Shown here: positions 55,663-62,849 of the stretch, in pieces
Layout: each line of letters begins with the position of its first letter
Numbering within the stretch: the stretch's first letter is position 1
DNA from: a virus
Lineage: Duplodnaviria; Caudoviricetes
Strand: one strand, 5' to 3'
Virus record (IMG/VR): IMGVR_UViG_3300038492_000542
Span: 1-62,849 of that record
Length of the DNA: 62,849 nucleotides
Notes under the pieces: model-generated
Told to the model about the DNA's origin: nothing
What the model saw: the letters and a program-made list of their open reading frames with translations, nothing else
Database searches by the model: none
Program-made: the position numbers and the translations under genes

Positions 55663-56035
55663 ATAGTCCATTCTGCATGTTGGATGGCGTGCTCATATCC
55701 TGAAATCTTTCTGCCAAATCTTTCATTTCTTCCTCTGTGATTGGCATCCACTTTTGACCCCTGTATATGCCTGCCGCGGCAGACCATTGCTGATCTGGCT
55801 TTGGCACAGCAATATAAAATTGCGCCTCTTCGTGAGGTGGTATTGGCGTATCATTGTAAAATGATGCCCCGCTAAAGTTCAAAGTCTTTAGTTGCTCGTA
55901 GTCAATTGAAAACCAATCATTATCCTTGAGTACGCCTATCTTCCAGTCTGCGCCTTGATTTGGTATAGCAAATATAAATCTAGCGCCTAAAATTCCCCTG
56001 ATTTCATTTTTTGGAATATCACCTAAAACCTTCAT
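55661..56035 (-). CDS. Hypothetical protein with two internal repeats
   Basis: F.FAIP.....W..G......W..I and FYIAVP.....W....G......W..I. Confidence 0.55.
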   Translation of the reverse strand: MKVLGDIPKNEIRGILGARFIFAIPNQGADWKIGVLKDNDWFSIDYEQLKTLNFSGASFYNDTPIPPHEEAQFYIAVPKPDQQWSAAAGIYRGQKWMPITEEEMKDLAERFQDMSTPSNMQNGL

Positions 56036-56104
56036 ATCAATCCCCGAGTTTGTGAGTTTCGCGGATTGTAGCAACTCAAGGCGCTAATTTATGCAACACA
56101 AAAA

Positions 56105-56590
56105 TTACTGGCCTTCGCAGCTTACCTTGAAGTGAGCCCGTTTGAAGTTAAGCTGCCCTAGCTCACCCATGGAGGCGTTCTTTGCCTTATCCAAGGCCTC
56201 ATAAACTTGATCAGTAACCCATCCTGCTAAATCGGTAAATGTGGCCTTGGCAGCGCCCTCACTTTCAGAGCCAAAGGTATCGCCGGCATCATTCTCAAAT
56301 TCCACCTTAATATTTACCGACCATTGCAAAGGTATATGCTTGCTAAGCAATTGTTTGGCTTGCGTGAATATATAGCGGGCATGCATTTTGTAGCGCGGGT
56401 TTTGGTGTGAAAAGTTAACTGTTTTAGGGTCAATTACATATTCGCTAGCCTCATTACCATCATCAATAAACACCATCAGTTTTTCATCGGTCCACTGATA
56501 TGACAGGCCAACAATCTCGCTTTTTAGCTTTGTTAGCATCTGCTGGTATGTGGGTTTTGGTTTCTTTCGCTTGTTTTTACTCTTAGCCAT
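56105..56590 (-). CDS. Hypothetical protein
   Basis: GGAG SD, basic N-terminus. Confidence 0.6.
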   Translation of the reverse strand: MAKSKNKRKKPKPTYQQMLTKLKSEIVGLSYQWTDEKLMVFIDDGNEASEYVIDPKTVNFSHQNPRYKMHARYIFTQAKQLLSKHIPLQWSVNIKVEFENDAGDTFGSESEGAAKATFTDLAGWVTDQVYEALDKAKNASMGELGQLNFKRAHFKVSCEGQ

Positions 56591-56653
56591 GGGCTCTCCT
56601 TGGGTGTGATAGGATATTGTTAATCCAATAGATTGATAAGATACTATCAAAGC

Positions 56654-58309
56654 ATGCCAAGTTCAAACAATTTAGATGAAGCCAAGCTGATTGAGGCGCT
56701 AAAGAGCAAAGAGTATAAGAATAAGCTTCGCCGAGACCTTGATAGGTTTGACTCTAAAAAAAGCCTGATGAACTTTATTAAGCTTGGGTGGCATACGATT
56801 GAGCCCGGCAATGAGTTGAAGGCAAACTGGGGGATGGAGGCCATATGCGATCACTTAGAGGCGGTTACGCGTGGTGAGATTAGGCGGCTGCTGATTAATA
56901 TCCCTCCTGGCACTTCCAAGAGCTTAACCACCAATGTTTTTTGGCCGGCTTGGGAGTGGGGACCTAAAGGTCTTTCTCATTATCGATATGTTAATGCTGC
57001 GCATGAGGTTAATTTGGCTGTCAGGGATAACCGCCGGTGCAAAAACCTGATTCAGTCGGATTGGTATCAGGGGATTTGGGGGGATAGCTTTTCATTTAGT
57101 GCAGATCAAAATCAAAAGCAAAACTACGAAAACACCAAAACAGGATTTAGGCAATCAAGTCCTGCAACATCAATGACGGGTAAGCGCGGTGACCGTGTGA
57201 TATTCGATGATCCACACTCAGTCTCTAAAGCAGAGAGCGAGGCAGATAGAGAAAGTGTCTTGCTAACATTCTCAGAAGAGGTGCCAACACGACTCAATAA
57301 AATGGCTGAGAGCGCCATTATTGTCATTATGCAACGAGTACATGAGAGAGATGTTAGCGGCCTTATATTGGAAAACGAGATGGGTTATGAGCATCTAATG
57401 ATTCCGATGGAGTTTGAATCAGATCGCCGATGCTACACCAAGGTTAGACCTAGCTATATTGAAAACCCCAACCCTACCACTGTCTACTTTAACCGAGAAG
57501 ATAAAGTTTGGAGAATGGAAAAGCCAGATAGCAATGATTATGAGCCAAAATGCGAGCAGCGCTATAACATTGATCCAAGGAAGGAAGATGGCGAACTATT
57601 AGACCCTGTTCGATACCCTCAAAAGGCACTCGATGAGCTCAAGGCAGCACTCAGGGCTAAAGGTGGCACCTATGCCGAGGCTGGACAGCTGCAACAAAGA
57701 CCGGCCCCCCGCGGCGGCGGTATGTTCAAGAAGTCGGACTTTCAATACATTGACAGTATAGCGGGAATTTCTGGCAAGGTTGTTAGGGGTTGGGATTTGG
57801 CGGCATCAGAAAAGAAAACATCACCTTATACCGTCGGCGTAAAAATGATGATCACCACTGATGGCAGAATAATCATCATTGATGTCAACAGATTCAAAAA
57901 ATCACCCGGTAAGTGTGAGGATGATATAAAGGCTACCGCGGTTCGTGATGGCCATTCTGTTAGGCAGAATTTACCACAAGACCCAGGCCAAGCTGGCAAG
58001 GCGCAAAAGGCTGCGCTAACAAAACTGCTCCATGGCTTTGATGTGAAATTTTCACCAGAGTCTGGCTCTAAAGAGGTTCGCGCAATACCGTTTGCGGCGC
58101 AATGTGAGGGTTTGAATGTTTACTTGCTTCGCGGCCACTGGAATGATGCCTTTATCAATGAGGCTGGAATATTTCCTAATGGCACGTTTAAAGATCAGAT
58201 AGATGCAGCGACAAGGGCTTATGCTTCACTGTTAGCGATGAAAGATAGCAAGATATCTAATGCATCAGCCCCTCAAGAGATTGAGTATGATGAGGATGAC
58301 TACGACTAG
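56654..58309 (+). CDS. terL: Terminase large subunit
   Basis: Walker A NIPPGTSKS, Walker B VIFDDPH, IMQR.H..D, RNase H-like GWDLAA and FP.G..KDQIDA. Confidence 0.95.
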   Translation: MPSSNNLDEAKLIEALKSKEYKNKLRRDLDRFDSKKSLMNFIKLGWHTIEPGNELKANWGMEAICDHLEAVTRGEIRRLLINIPPGTSKSLTTNVFWPAWEWGPKGLSHYRYVNAAHEVNLAVRDNRRCKNLIQSDWYQGIWGDSFSFSADQNQKQNYENTKTGFRQSSPATSMTGKRGDRVIFDDPHSVSKAESEADRESVLLTFSEEVPTRLNKMAESAIIVIMQRVHERDVSGLILENEMGYEHLMIPMEFESDRRCYTKVRPSYIENPNPTTVYFNREDKVWRMEKPDSNDYEPKCEQRYNIDPRKEDGELLDPVRYPQKALDELKAALRAKGGTYAEAGQLQQRPAPRGGGMFKKSDFQYIDSIAGISGKVVRGWDLAASEKKTSPYTVGVKMMITTDGRIIIIDVNRFKKSPGKCEDDIKATAVRDGHSVRQNLPQDPGQAGKAQKAALTKLLHGFDVKFSPESGSKEVRAIPFAAQCEGLNVYLLRGHWNDAFINEAGIFPNGTFKDQIDAATRAYASLLAMKDSKISNASAPQEIEYDEDDYD

Positions 58310-58722
58310 TTCAACGACTGGTAGTAGTAGATCTCCTCTAGATTGAGATCCCTTACAAAGTTACCCGTGTAGTAGCCGTGGCAAGAGCTATTCTCCCATG
58401 AGCCATGGAACTCATCTCTTTTGCTAATCGCGCCTTGCATGGATGTGGCCTCAAGTTCATCGGATGATGCCAGTGCGACAATACCAATCGCACTATCAAT
58501 ATCGCCGTTAACAACCACATCACCACCTTCTAGGCCGTATATCGTATCAAGATACACATCAAAGGTAGATCCAAAAGAATCTGGGCACGCGCCTTCGAGC
58601 GTGTAGAATGTCACCGAGTACATGCCATTATTTGCTTGGCTGGTGTTTAGCACTGTTTTTTCATCGTCGTCACAACCAAAAAGAAACAGACTAAAAGATA
58701 AGATAAGGATTAAATTTTTCAT
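58306..58722 (-). CDS. Lipoprotein
   Basis: MKNLILILSFSLFLFG|C lipobox; own promoter; opposite strand between terL and portal. Confidence 0.75.
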   Translation of the reverse strand: MKNLILILSFSLFLFGCDDDEKTVLNTSQANNGMYSVTFYTLEGACPDSFGSTFDVYLDTIYGLEGGDVVVNGDIDSAIGIVALASSDELEATSMQGAISKRDEFHGSWENSSCHGYYTGNFVRDLNLEEIYYYQSLN

Positions 58723-58835
58723 GGTTTGAATCTCGTTTTTTAATGTTGATGTTTATTAATATATTATCAAATCATTATTTTGCAAGTTTTAATTTGATAA
58801 TATCTGATCATATCAAGTTGACTTGGGGTGTATTT

Positions 58836-58988
58836 ATGGAATACAGATTAAATGTAGAGGCCAAATTGAAGTGGTGGGGTAGGCCAGCCATATTTATTTT
58901 TAGCTGGCTTCCTGTTAATGAGGACTGGGCAGCGGACTGGATTGTCAGAAATGCATTCAAAATAAAAACGGTTGATAGCGAATGTTAG
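58836..58988 (+). CDS. Hypothetical 50-aa protein
   Basis: GGGG SD; overlaps portal start. Confidence 0.45.
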   Translation: MEYRLNVEAKLKWWGRPAIFIFSWLPVNEDWAADWIVRNAFKIKTVDSEC

Positions 58989-60370
58989 ATTTTTTCAAGA
59001 GAAAGCCAGCGGCATCGCCCGCCAAAGAGATTGGTGATAGCGGTACACTAATCATTGGCTATCAAGTTCAAGATGATGAAAAGAATAGGGATCTATCAGG
59101 CCGCAAGAAGTATGACACCTATTCAAACAACTTGGCCAATATTGGTATTGTGGGTGCTGGCGTTCGATTCTTTCTCAACTATGCCGCGGCGGCAAAGTGG
59201 ACGTTTGAGCCTGCTGATGATAGTAGTGAGTCTGAGCGATATGCCGACCTCACTAAAGAAATCCTGAATGGCATGAAAACACCTTGGCACAATGTCGTGC
59301 GCCGCGCGTGTGCCTATAAGTTTTGGGGTTTTAGCATCCAAGAGTGGACAACCAAAAAGCGTGAGGATGGCAGCATAGGTTTTTATGATGTTGCGCCGCG
59401 TCCTCAGTCCACTATTTATGGGTGGGATGCCGATGAAAAAGGAAAGATCACCAGTGTGATTCAAGAGTCCCCTTGGACCTATCAGCAAATCCACATCCCA
59501 TATCAAAAAGTTGTTCATATCGTTGATGACTCGCTGAATGATTCACCTGAAGGTTTGGGGCTATTCCGCCATATTGCCGACTCATGCAAGCGACTGCTGC
59601 GCTATATGCAGCTTGAAGGCTATGGATTCGAAAGCGATTTGCAGGGCATGCCTATTGCCCGTGCGCCATCCAATAGGCTGGCTGAGCAAGTAAAAAGCGG
59701 TGAGATGACAAATGCGGAAATGAACGCCATGTTAAAGCCGCTAAAAAACATCATTAAGAATCACATTAAAAGTCCAAGTCGCGGCATCCTACTTGATTCA
59801 GAGCCTTATGAGGCCAAGTCGGATACTGGCACAGTGAGTACTGTGTATAAGTGGGACTTTGAAGTCATCAAAAGCAGCTCTGAGAGCTTCGAAAGCATTA
59901 ACACGGCTATTAACCGCTTAGTGACTGATATCGCTATGACGTTGGGTGTCGAAGGTATGTTGGTTGGCGTTAATGGCCGAGGCTCGCAATCTCTTAGTGA
60001 GGACAAAAGCCAAAACTTTGTGATGATGGTTGACTCGGCGCTTAAGGAAGTTTGCGAATCATTCAAAAAGTCATTGATTGATAACTTGTGGAAGATTAAT
60101 GGCTGGCCAGAAGATTACAAGCCAACCATGAAGCCTGAGGTAATGAAAAACAGGTCTATCACAGAGTTGACCCAGGCGCTTAAGGATGTGGCTAGTGCTG
60201 GGGCACCAATTACCCGCGCTGATAAAGCCTTGGAAGAGCTGTTTGAAATGATAGGGCTATCAAAGCTTGAAGGGGATGATGTTGATTTATCGCTTAATAA
60301 CACTGGTCGAAAAATGCCAGATTCTTTTGATTTGGGGGATTTAGATGGCTCTAACACAGGGGACCAATAG
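58982..60370 (+). CDS. Portal protein (DUF935-like)
   Basis: 462 aa after terL; FWGFSIQEW, APRPQ.TI..W, SPEGLGL.R, E..G.E.DL.G.P. Confidence 0.88.
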   Translation: MLDFFKRKPAASPAKEIGDSGTLIIGYQVQDDEKNRDLSGRKKYDTYSNNLANIGIVGAGVRFFLNYAAAAKWTFEPADDSSESERYADLTKEILNGMKTPWHNVVRRACAYKFWGFSIQEWTTKKREDGSIGFYDVAPRPQSTIYGWDADEKGKITSVIQESPWTYQQIHIPYQKVVHIVDDSLNDSPEGLGLFRHIADSCKRLLRYMQLEGYGFESDLQGMPIARAPSNRLAEQVKSGEMTNAEMNAMLKPLKNIIKNHIKSPSRGILLDSEPYEAKSDTGTVSTVYKWDFEVIKSSSESFESINTAINRLVTDIAMTLGVEGMLVGVNGRGSQSLSEDKSQNFVMMVDSALKEVCESFKKSLIDNLWKINGWPEDYKPTMKPEVMKNRSITELTQALKDVASAGAPITRADKALEELFEMIGLSKLEGDDVDLSLNNTGRKMPDSFDLGDLDGSNTGDQ

Positions 60371-60839
60371 CTACACTACGGTTGATGAGGCAAACGCATA
60401 CTTCGAGGACAACTTGCAGTATGAAAGTTGGAACCCGATAACCGCCGAAGTAAAAAGCCGCGCCTTGATCACATCAAGCCAGCAAATCAGCCAGATTGTT
60501 TCTGATGATTACAAGCTACCTATGTCGGTTGAAGATATCACCAATGATTTGAAGGCTGCAACAGCTGAGCTCGCCCTGTATCTCTATCAAAATCCGGATG
60601 CTATTACACAATCAGGCACGGGCAGCAACACTAAGAGAGTTAAGGCGGGGAGTGCCGAGGTGGAGTTTTTCAGTGCTGAGTCTGGTGAGCGATTCCCCTA
60701 TAACGTCATGGCGATTTTGAGGGGTGCTGGATTGATTGGTGGCAGTGAATCATCGGCGGCTGGTGCTGAGGCCTTTGGTACATGCGAAGAGTCTAGCTTT
60801 ACGGATGATGAGTTTTATGAGCGGGGGGCGTTTAGGTAA
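60345..60839 (+). CDS. Head-tail adaptor (DnaT-like phage family)
   Basis: NSY.TV.EA.AYF, K..AL, A.AELAL, KRVKAGS.EVEF. Confidence 0.75.
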   Translation: MALTQGTNSYTTVDEANAYFEDNLQYESWNPITAEVKSRALITSSQQISQIVSDDYKLPMSVEDITNDLKAATAELALYLYQNPDAITQSGTGSNTKRVKAGSAEVEFFSAESGERFPYNVMAILRGAGLIGGSESSAAGAEAFGTCEESSFTDDEFYERGAFR

Positions 60840-61213
60840 TGGGTAATAGGCTTTTTGGTATCGATATCGCCGGTCTAATAGCCAAGAATGTTGGAAAAGG
60901 TGTTTTGCCATGCACATTAACTGTCATTACAAAGGGTGATCGCAAGGCTAACCCAACTGCAGGCCGTGAAACAACTGAGCAATCAATTCAAGGCAGAGGC
61001 TTTATTGAAGAGTTCGAAGATAAGGACATTGATGGAACCAAAATAAAAATGGGTGATAAGTGGATAAACTTGATTGCCGATACTTTTGCTGGAAGCCCGG
61101 TGCCAAAGATTGGTAACAAAATCACCATTGAGGGTAAGGCGCATGAGATTGTTGGCACAATAGAGCGAGACCCCGCTGCCGCAATATACAAATGTCACTC
61201 GAGAGGCTTGTAA
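60839..61213 (+). CDS. Head-closure/stopper protein
   Basis: IDGT.I..GD, P..G..I.IEG, DPAAA.Y. Confidence 0.7.
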   Translation: MGNRLFGIDIAGLIAKNVGKGVLPCTLTVITKGDRKANPTAGRETTEQSIQGRGFIEEFEDKDIDGTKIKMGDKWINLIADTFAGSPVPKIGNKITIEGKAHEIVGTIERDPAAAIYKCHSRGL

Positions 61214-62161
61214 ATGCCAAAGCTAGACAGCTATGACAGGATCATCAATCTGGTTGATCGTTTTATACCAAGAATAAAAAACGTGTTTAAAAATGCTGTT
61301 GCAAGAGTCAAAAGAAGCCTTGATTTGAAAGCTATTGAGCGATTGCTTGTTGAGGGCAATATTGACGATGCATTGGCTTTTATTTCAACGATACCAGCGG
61401 CAACCGCCACGGCTGTCAGTATCTCATTTAATCGCTCAGGTGAGGATACTGCTGAGTTAATTGCTGATGTCACCAAAACGCCGGTTGAGTACGACAACAC
61501 AAATCCTCGCGCCACTGAAAAGATGCGCAACAACCGGTTATCAATGGTTAGAGAGTTTACCGCCGAACAGGTTTCCTCTACACGCCAAGCAATCGTAAGG
61601 GGCATTCAAAGGGGGGACAACCCTAGGGTTCAAGCTTTGGCCTTCCGTGACTCAATAGGCCTTACAGCAAAGCAAGAGCAGGCAGTTGAAAACTACCGCG
61701 TGCTACTCACCAAAAACAGCAAGCAGGCACTTGATAGGCAATTAAGGGATAAGCGCTTTGACTCAACTGTCAATAGAGCGATTGCTAATGATGAGCCCTT
61801 AAGCAAGCAGCAAATAGATCGCATGGTGGATCGATACCGTGAGCGCTATATCACTTACCGATCTGAAGTTATCGCGAGAACAGAATCATTGCGTGCAGTG
61901 CATGAGGGTGTAGATGAGATGTACCTGCAGGCCTTTGATGAGGGTGTCCTAGATCCCAATGAAATGGAAAAGGAATGGGTTCCCGCAAGGGATTCTCGTG
62001 TGCGCGATTCTCACCGCAGCATGAGAGGTCAAAAGCAACCGGAAGGCGAGGCTTTTATTTCGGGTGATGGAAACCGCTTGATGTACCCTGGTGACCCATC
62101 TGCACCGGCCAGCGACAGCATCCAATGTAGATGCGCTGTTGTTCATAATTTTAAACAGTAG
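61214..62161 (+). CDS. Minor head morphogenesis protein (Mu gpF/SPP1 gp7-like)
   Basis: R.EVIARTE, K.W....D.RVR.SH..M.GQ, L.YPGDP..P....IQCRC. Confidence 0.88.
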   Translation: MPKLDSYDRIINLVDRFIPRIKNVFKNAVARVKRSLDLKAIERLLVEGNIDDALAFISTIPAATATAVSISFNRSGEDTAELIADVTKTPVEYDNTNPRATEKMRNNRLSMVREFTAEQVSSTRQAIVRGIQRGDNPRVQALAFRDSIGLTAKQEQAVENYRVLLTKNSKQALDRQLRDKRFDSTVNRAIANDEPLSKQQIDRMVDRYRERYITYRSEVIARTESLRAVHEGVDEMYLQAFDEGVLDPNEMEKEWVPARDSRVRDSHRSMRGQKQPEGEAFISGDGNRLMYPGDPSAPASDSIQCRCAVVHNFKQ

Positions 62162-62262
62162 AAAAATTAATGCGATTCAAATATTAAACACATAATCAGT
62201 TGTATTGATGTGTTTCTGCGTGGTATATTCGGCGAAAATTCATGCTTGAATGAGCTAAGTCA

Positions 62263-62688
62263 ATGTCAGACAATCAGTTTTCAGCCTCTACACCGTTTAT
62301 TAAAGTAGACACATCGCTAGGTCTTGTGTTGGGCTGGGGTATCATCTGCACCAAAAATGGTGAGGATTATTATGACACTCAAGGTGATAATCTTACTGAA
62401 GATTGCATGTTGCATGCCTCCACTGACTTTATGAAGAATTCAAACACCATTCGCGATATGCACATTGCTGGCGAAGAGGGTGTCATTAAAGGCTCTGTTG
62501 TTCACTCATTCCCCCTAACTGCCGAAATAGCCAAAGCCTTTGGTATAGAAACAAGCCAAACTGGCTGGATGGTGGCTATGGCGCCAGAGGATAAAAACAT
62601 TTTGCAAAAGTTTGCCACCGGTGAATACACGGGTTTTTCTATCGGTGGTAGCTATGTTCCTGATTCTATCGAGATGATCAATGACTAA
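62263..62688 (+). CDS. XkdF-like putative prohead serine protease
   Basis: LV.GW, D.QGD, MH, G.VV.SFP, GW, G.YTGFSIGG. Confidence 0.85.
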   Translation: MSDNQFSASTPFIKVDTSLGLVLGWGIICTKNGEDYYDTQGDNLTEDCMLHASTDFMKNSNTIRDMHIAGEEGVIKGSVVHSFPLTAEIAKAFGIETSQTGWMVAMAPEDKNILQKFATGEYTGFSIGGSYVPDSIEMIND

Positions 62689-62830
62689 AAAAAGAAAGCA
62701 TCACAGAATCAATATTCAAGAATTAAGCGCAGTTGATAGACCGGCCCAAAAGGGTGCGGTTATGAACATCATGAAGCGTGACAGATTTAACAAACACATT
62801 GACGCGGCTATCTGGGTAACGTTCCCGTAA
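62681..62830 (+). CDS. N-terminus of probable scaffold gene (contig end)
   Basis: I.ELSAVDRPAQ.GA...IMKR motif typical of protease/scaffold N-termini; probably joins 19-684 across an assembly gap. Confidence 0.55.
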   Translation: MTKKRKHHRINIQELSAVDRPAQKGAVMNIMKRDRFNKHIDAAIWVTFP

Positions 62831-62849
62831 CTCTTTAAGCAATGGCGTC

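Noticed and set aside
56091-56106. Third copy of the 18-bp site (TGCAACACAAAAATTA)
   Set aside because: Only a partial match in AT-rich DNA; cannot be distinguished from chance
1-62849. CRISPR array, integrase/att site, DGR or retron reverse transcriptase, IS element, DNA polymerase, tail sheath
   Set aside because: No repeat-spacer periodicity or diagnostic motifs seen by eye; divergent members could have been missed

Overview
The window is an almost complete, circularly permuted genome of a long non-contractile-tailed (siphovirus-type) dsDNA phage. The host is probably a (marine) gammaproteobacterium; this is inferred from gene families, not shown. The contig breaks inside the scaffold gene, and its first 17 nt match a random-amplification primer. 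Modules in order: head/tail genes (1-14875, continuing from 56654-62849); a leftward RecT/YqaJ recombination operon; symmetric divergent promoters with a Cro-like gene; Rha/Ant, replication initiator/loader, PAPS-reductase-like and RdgC genes; a ~1.35-kb non-coding array of structured RNA modules including tRNA-like elements (26998-28340); nin-like nucleases; a holin and a second block of virion/receptor-binding genes (LamG-SGNH esterase, DUF2341-LamG); a DUF5675 peptidase and terS; and a ~12-kb inverted block of small early genes separating terS from terL. I recognised no integrase, CI-type repressor, DNA polymerase, CRISPR array or canonical tRNA. The most striking items are: the structured-RNA/tRNA-mimic array; an identical 18-bp site upstream of two distant loci that encode paralogous small proteins; two candidate nucleotide-signal sponge (anti-defence) proteins; a pilin-like gene; a host-type periplasmic binding protein; and two families of repeated operator-like sites. 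All family assignments are from motif recognition by eye and no searches were run.
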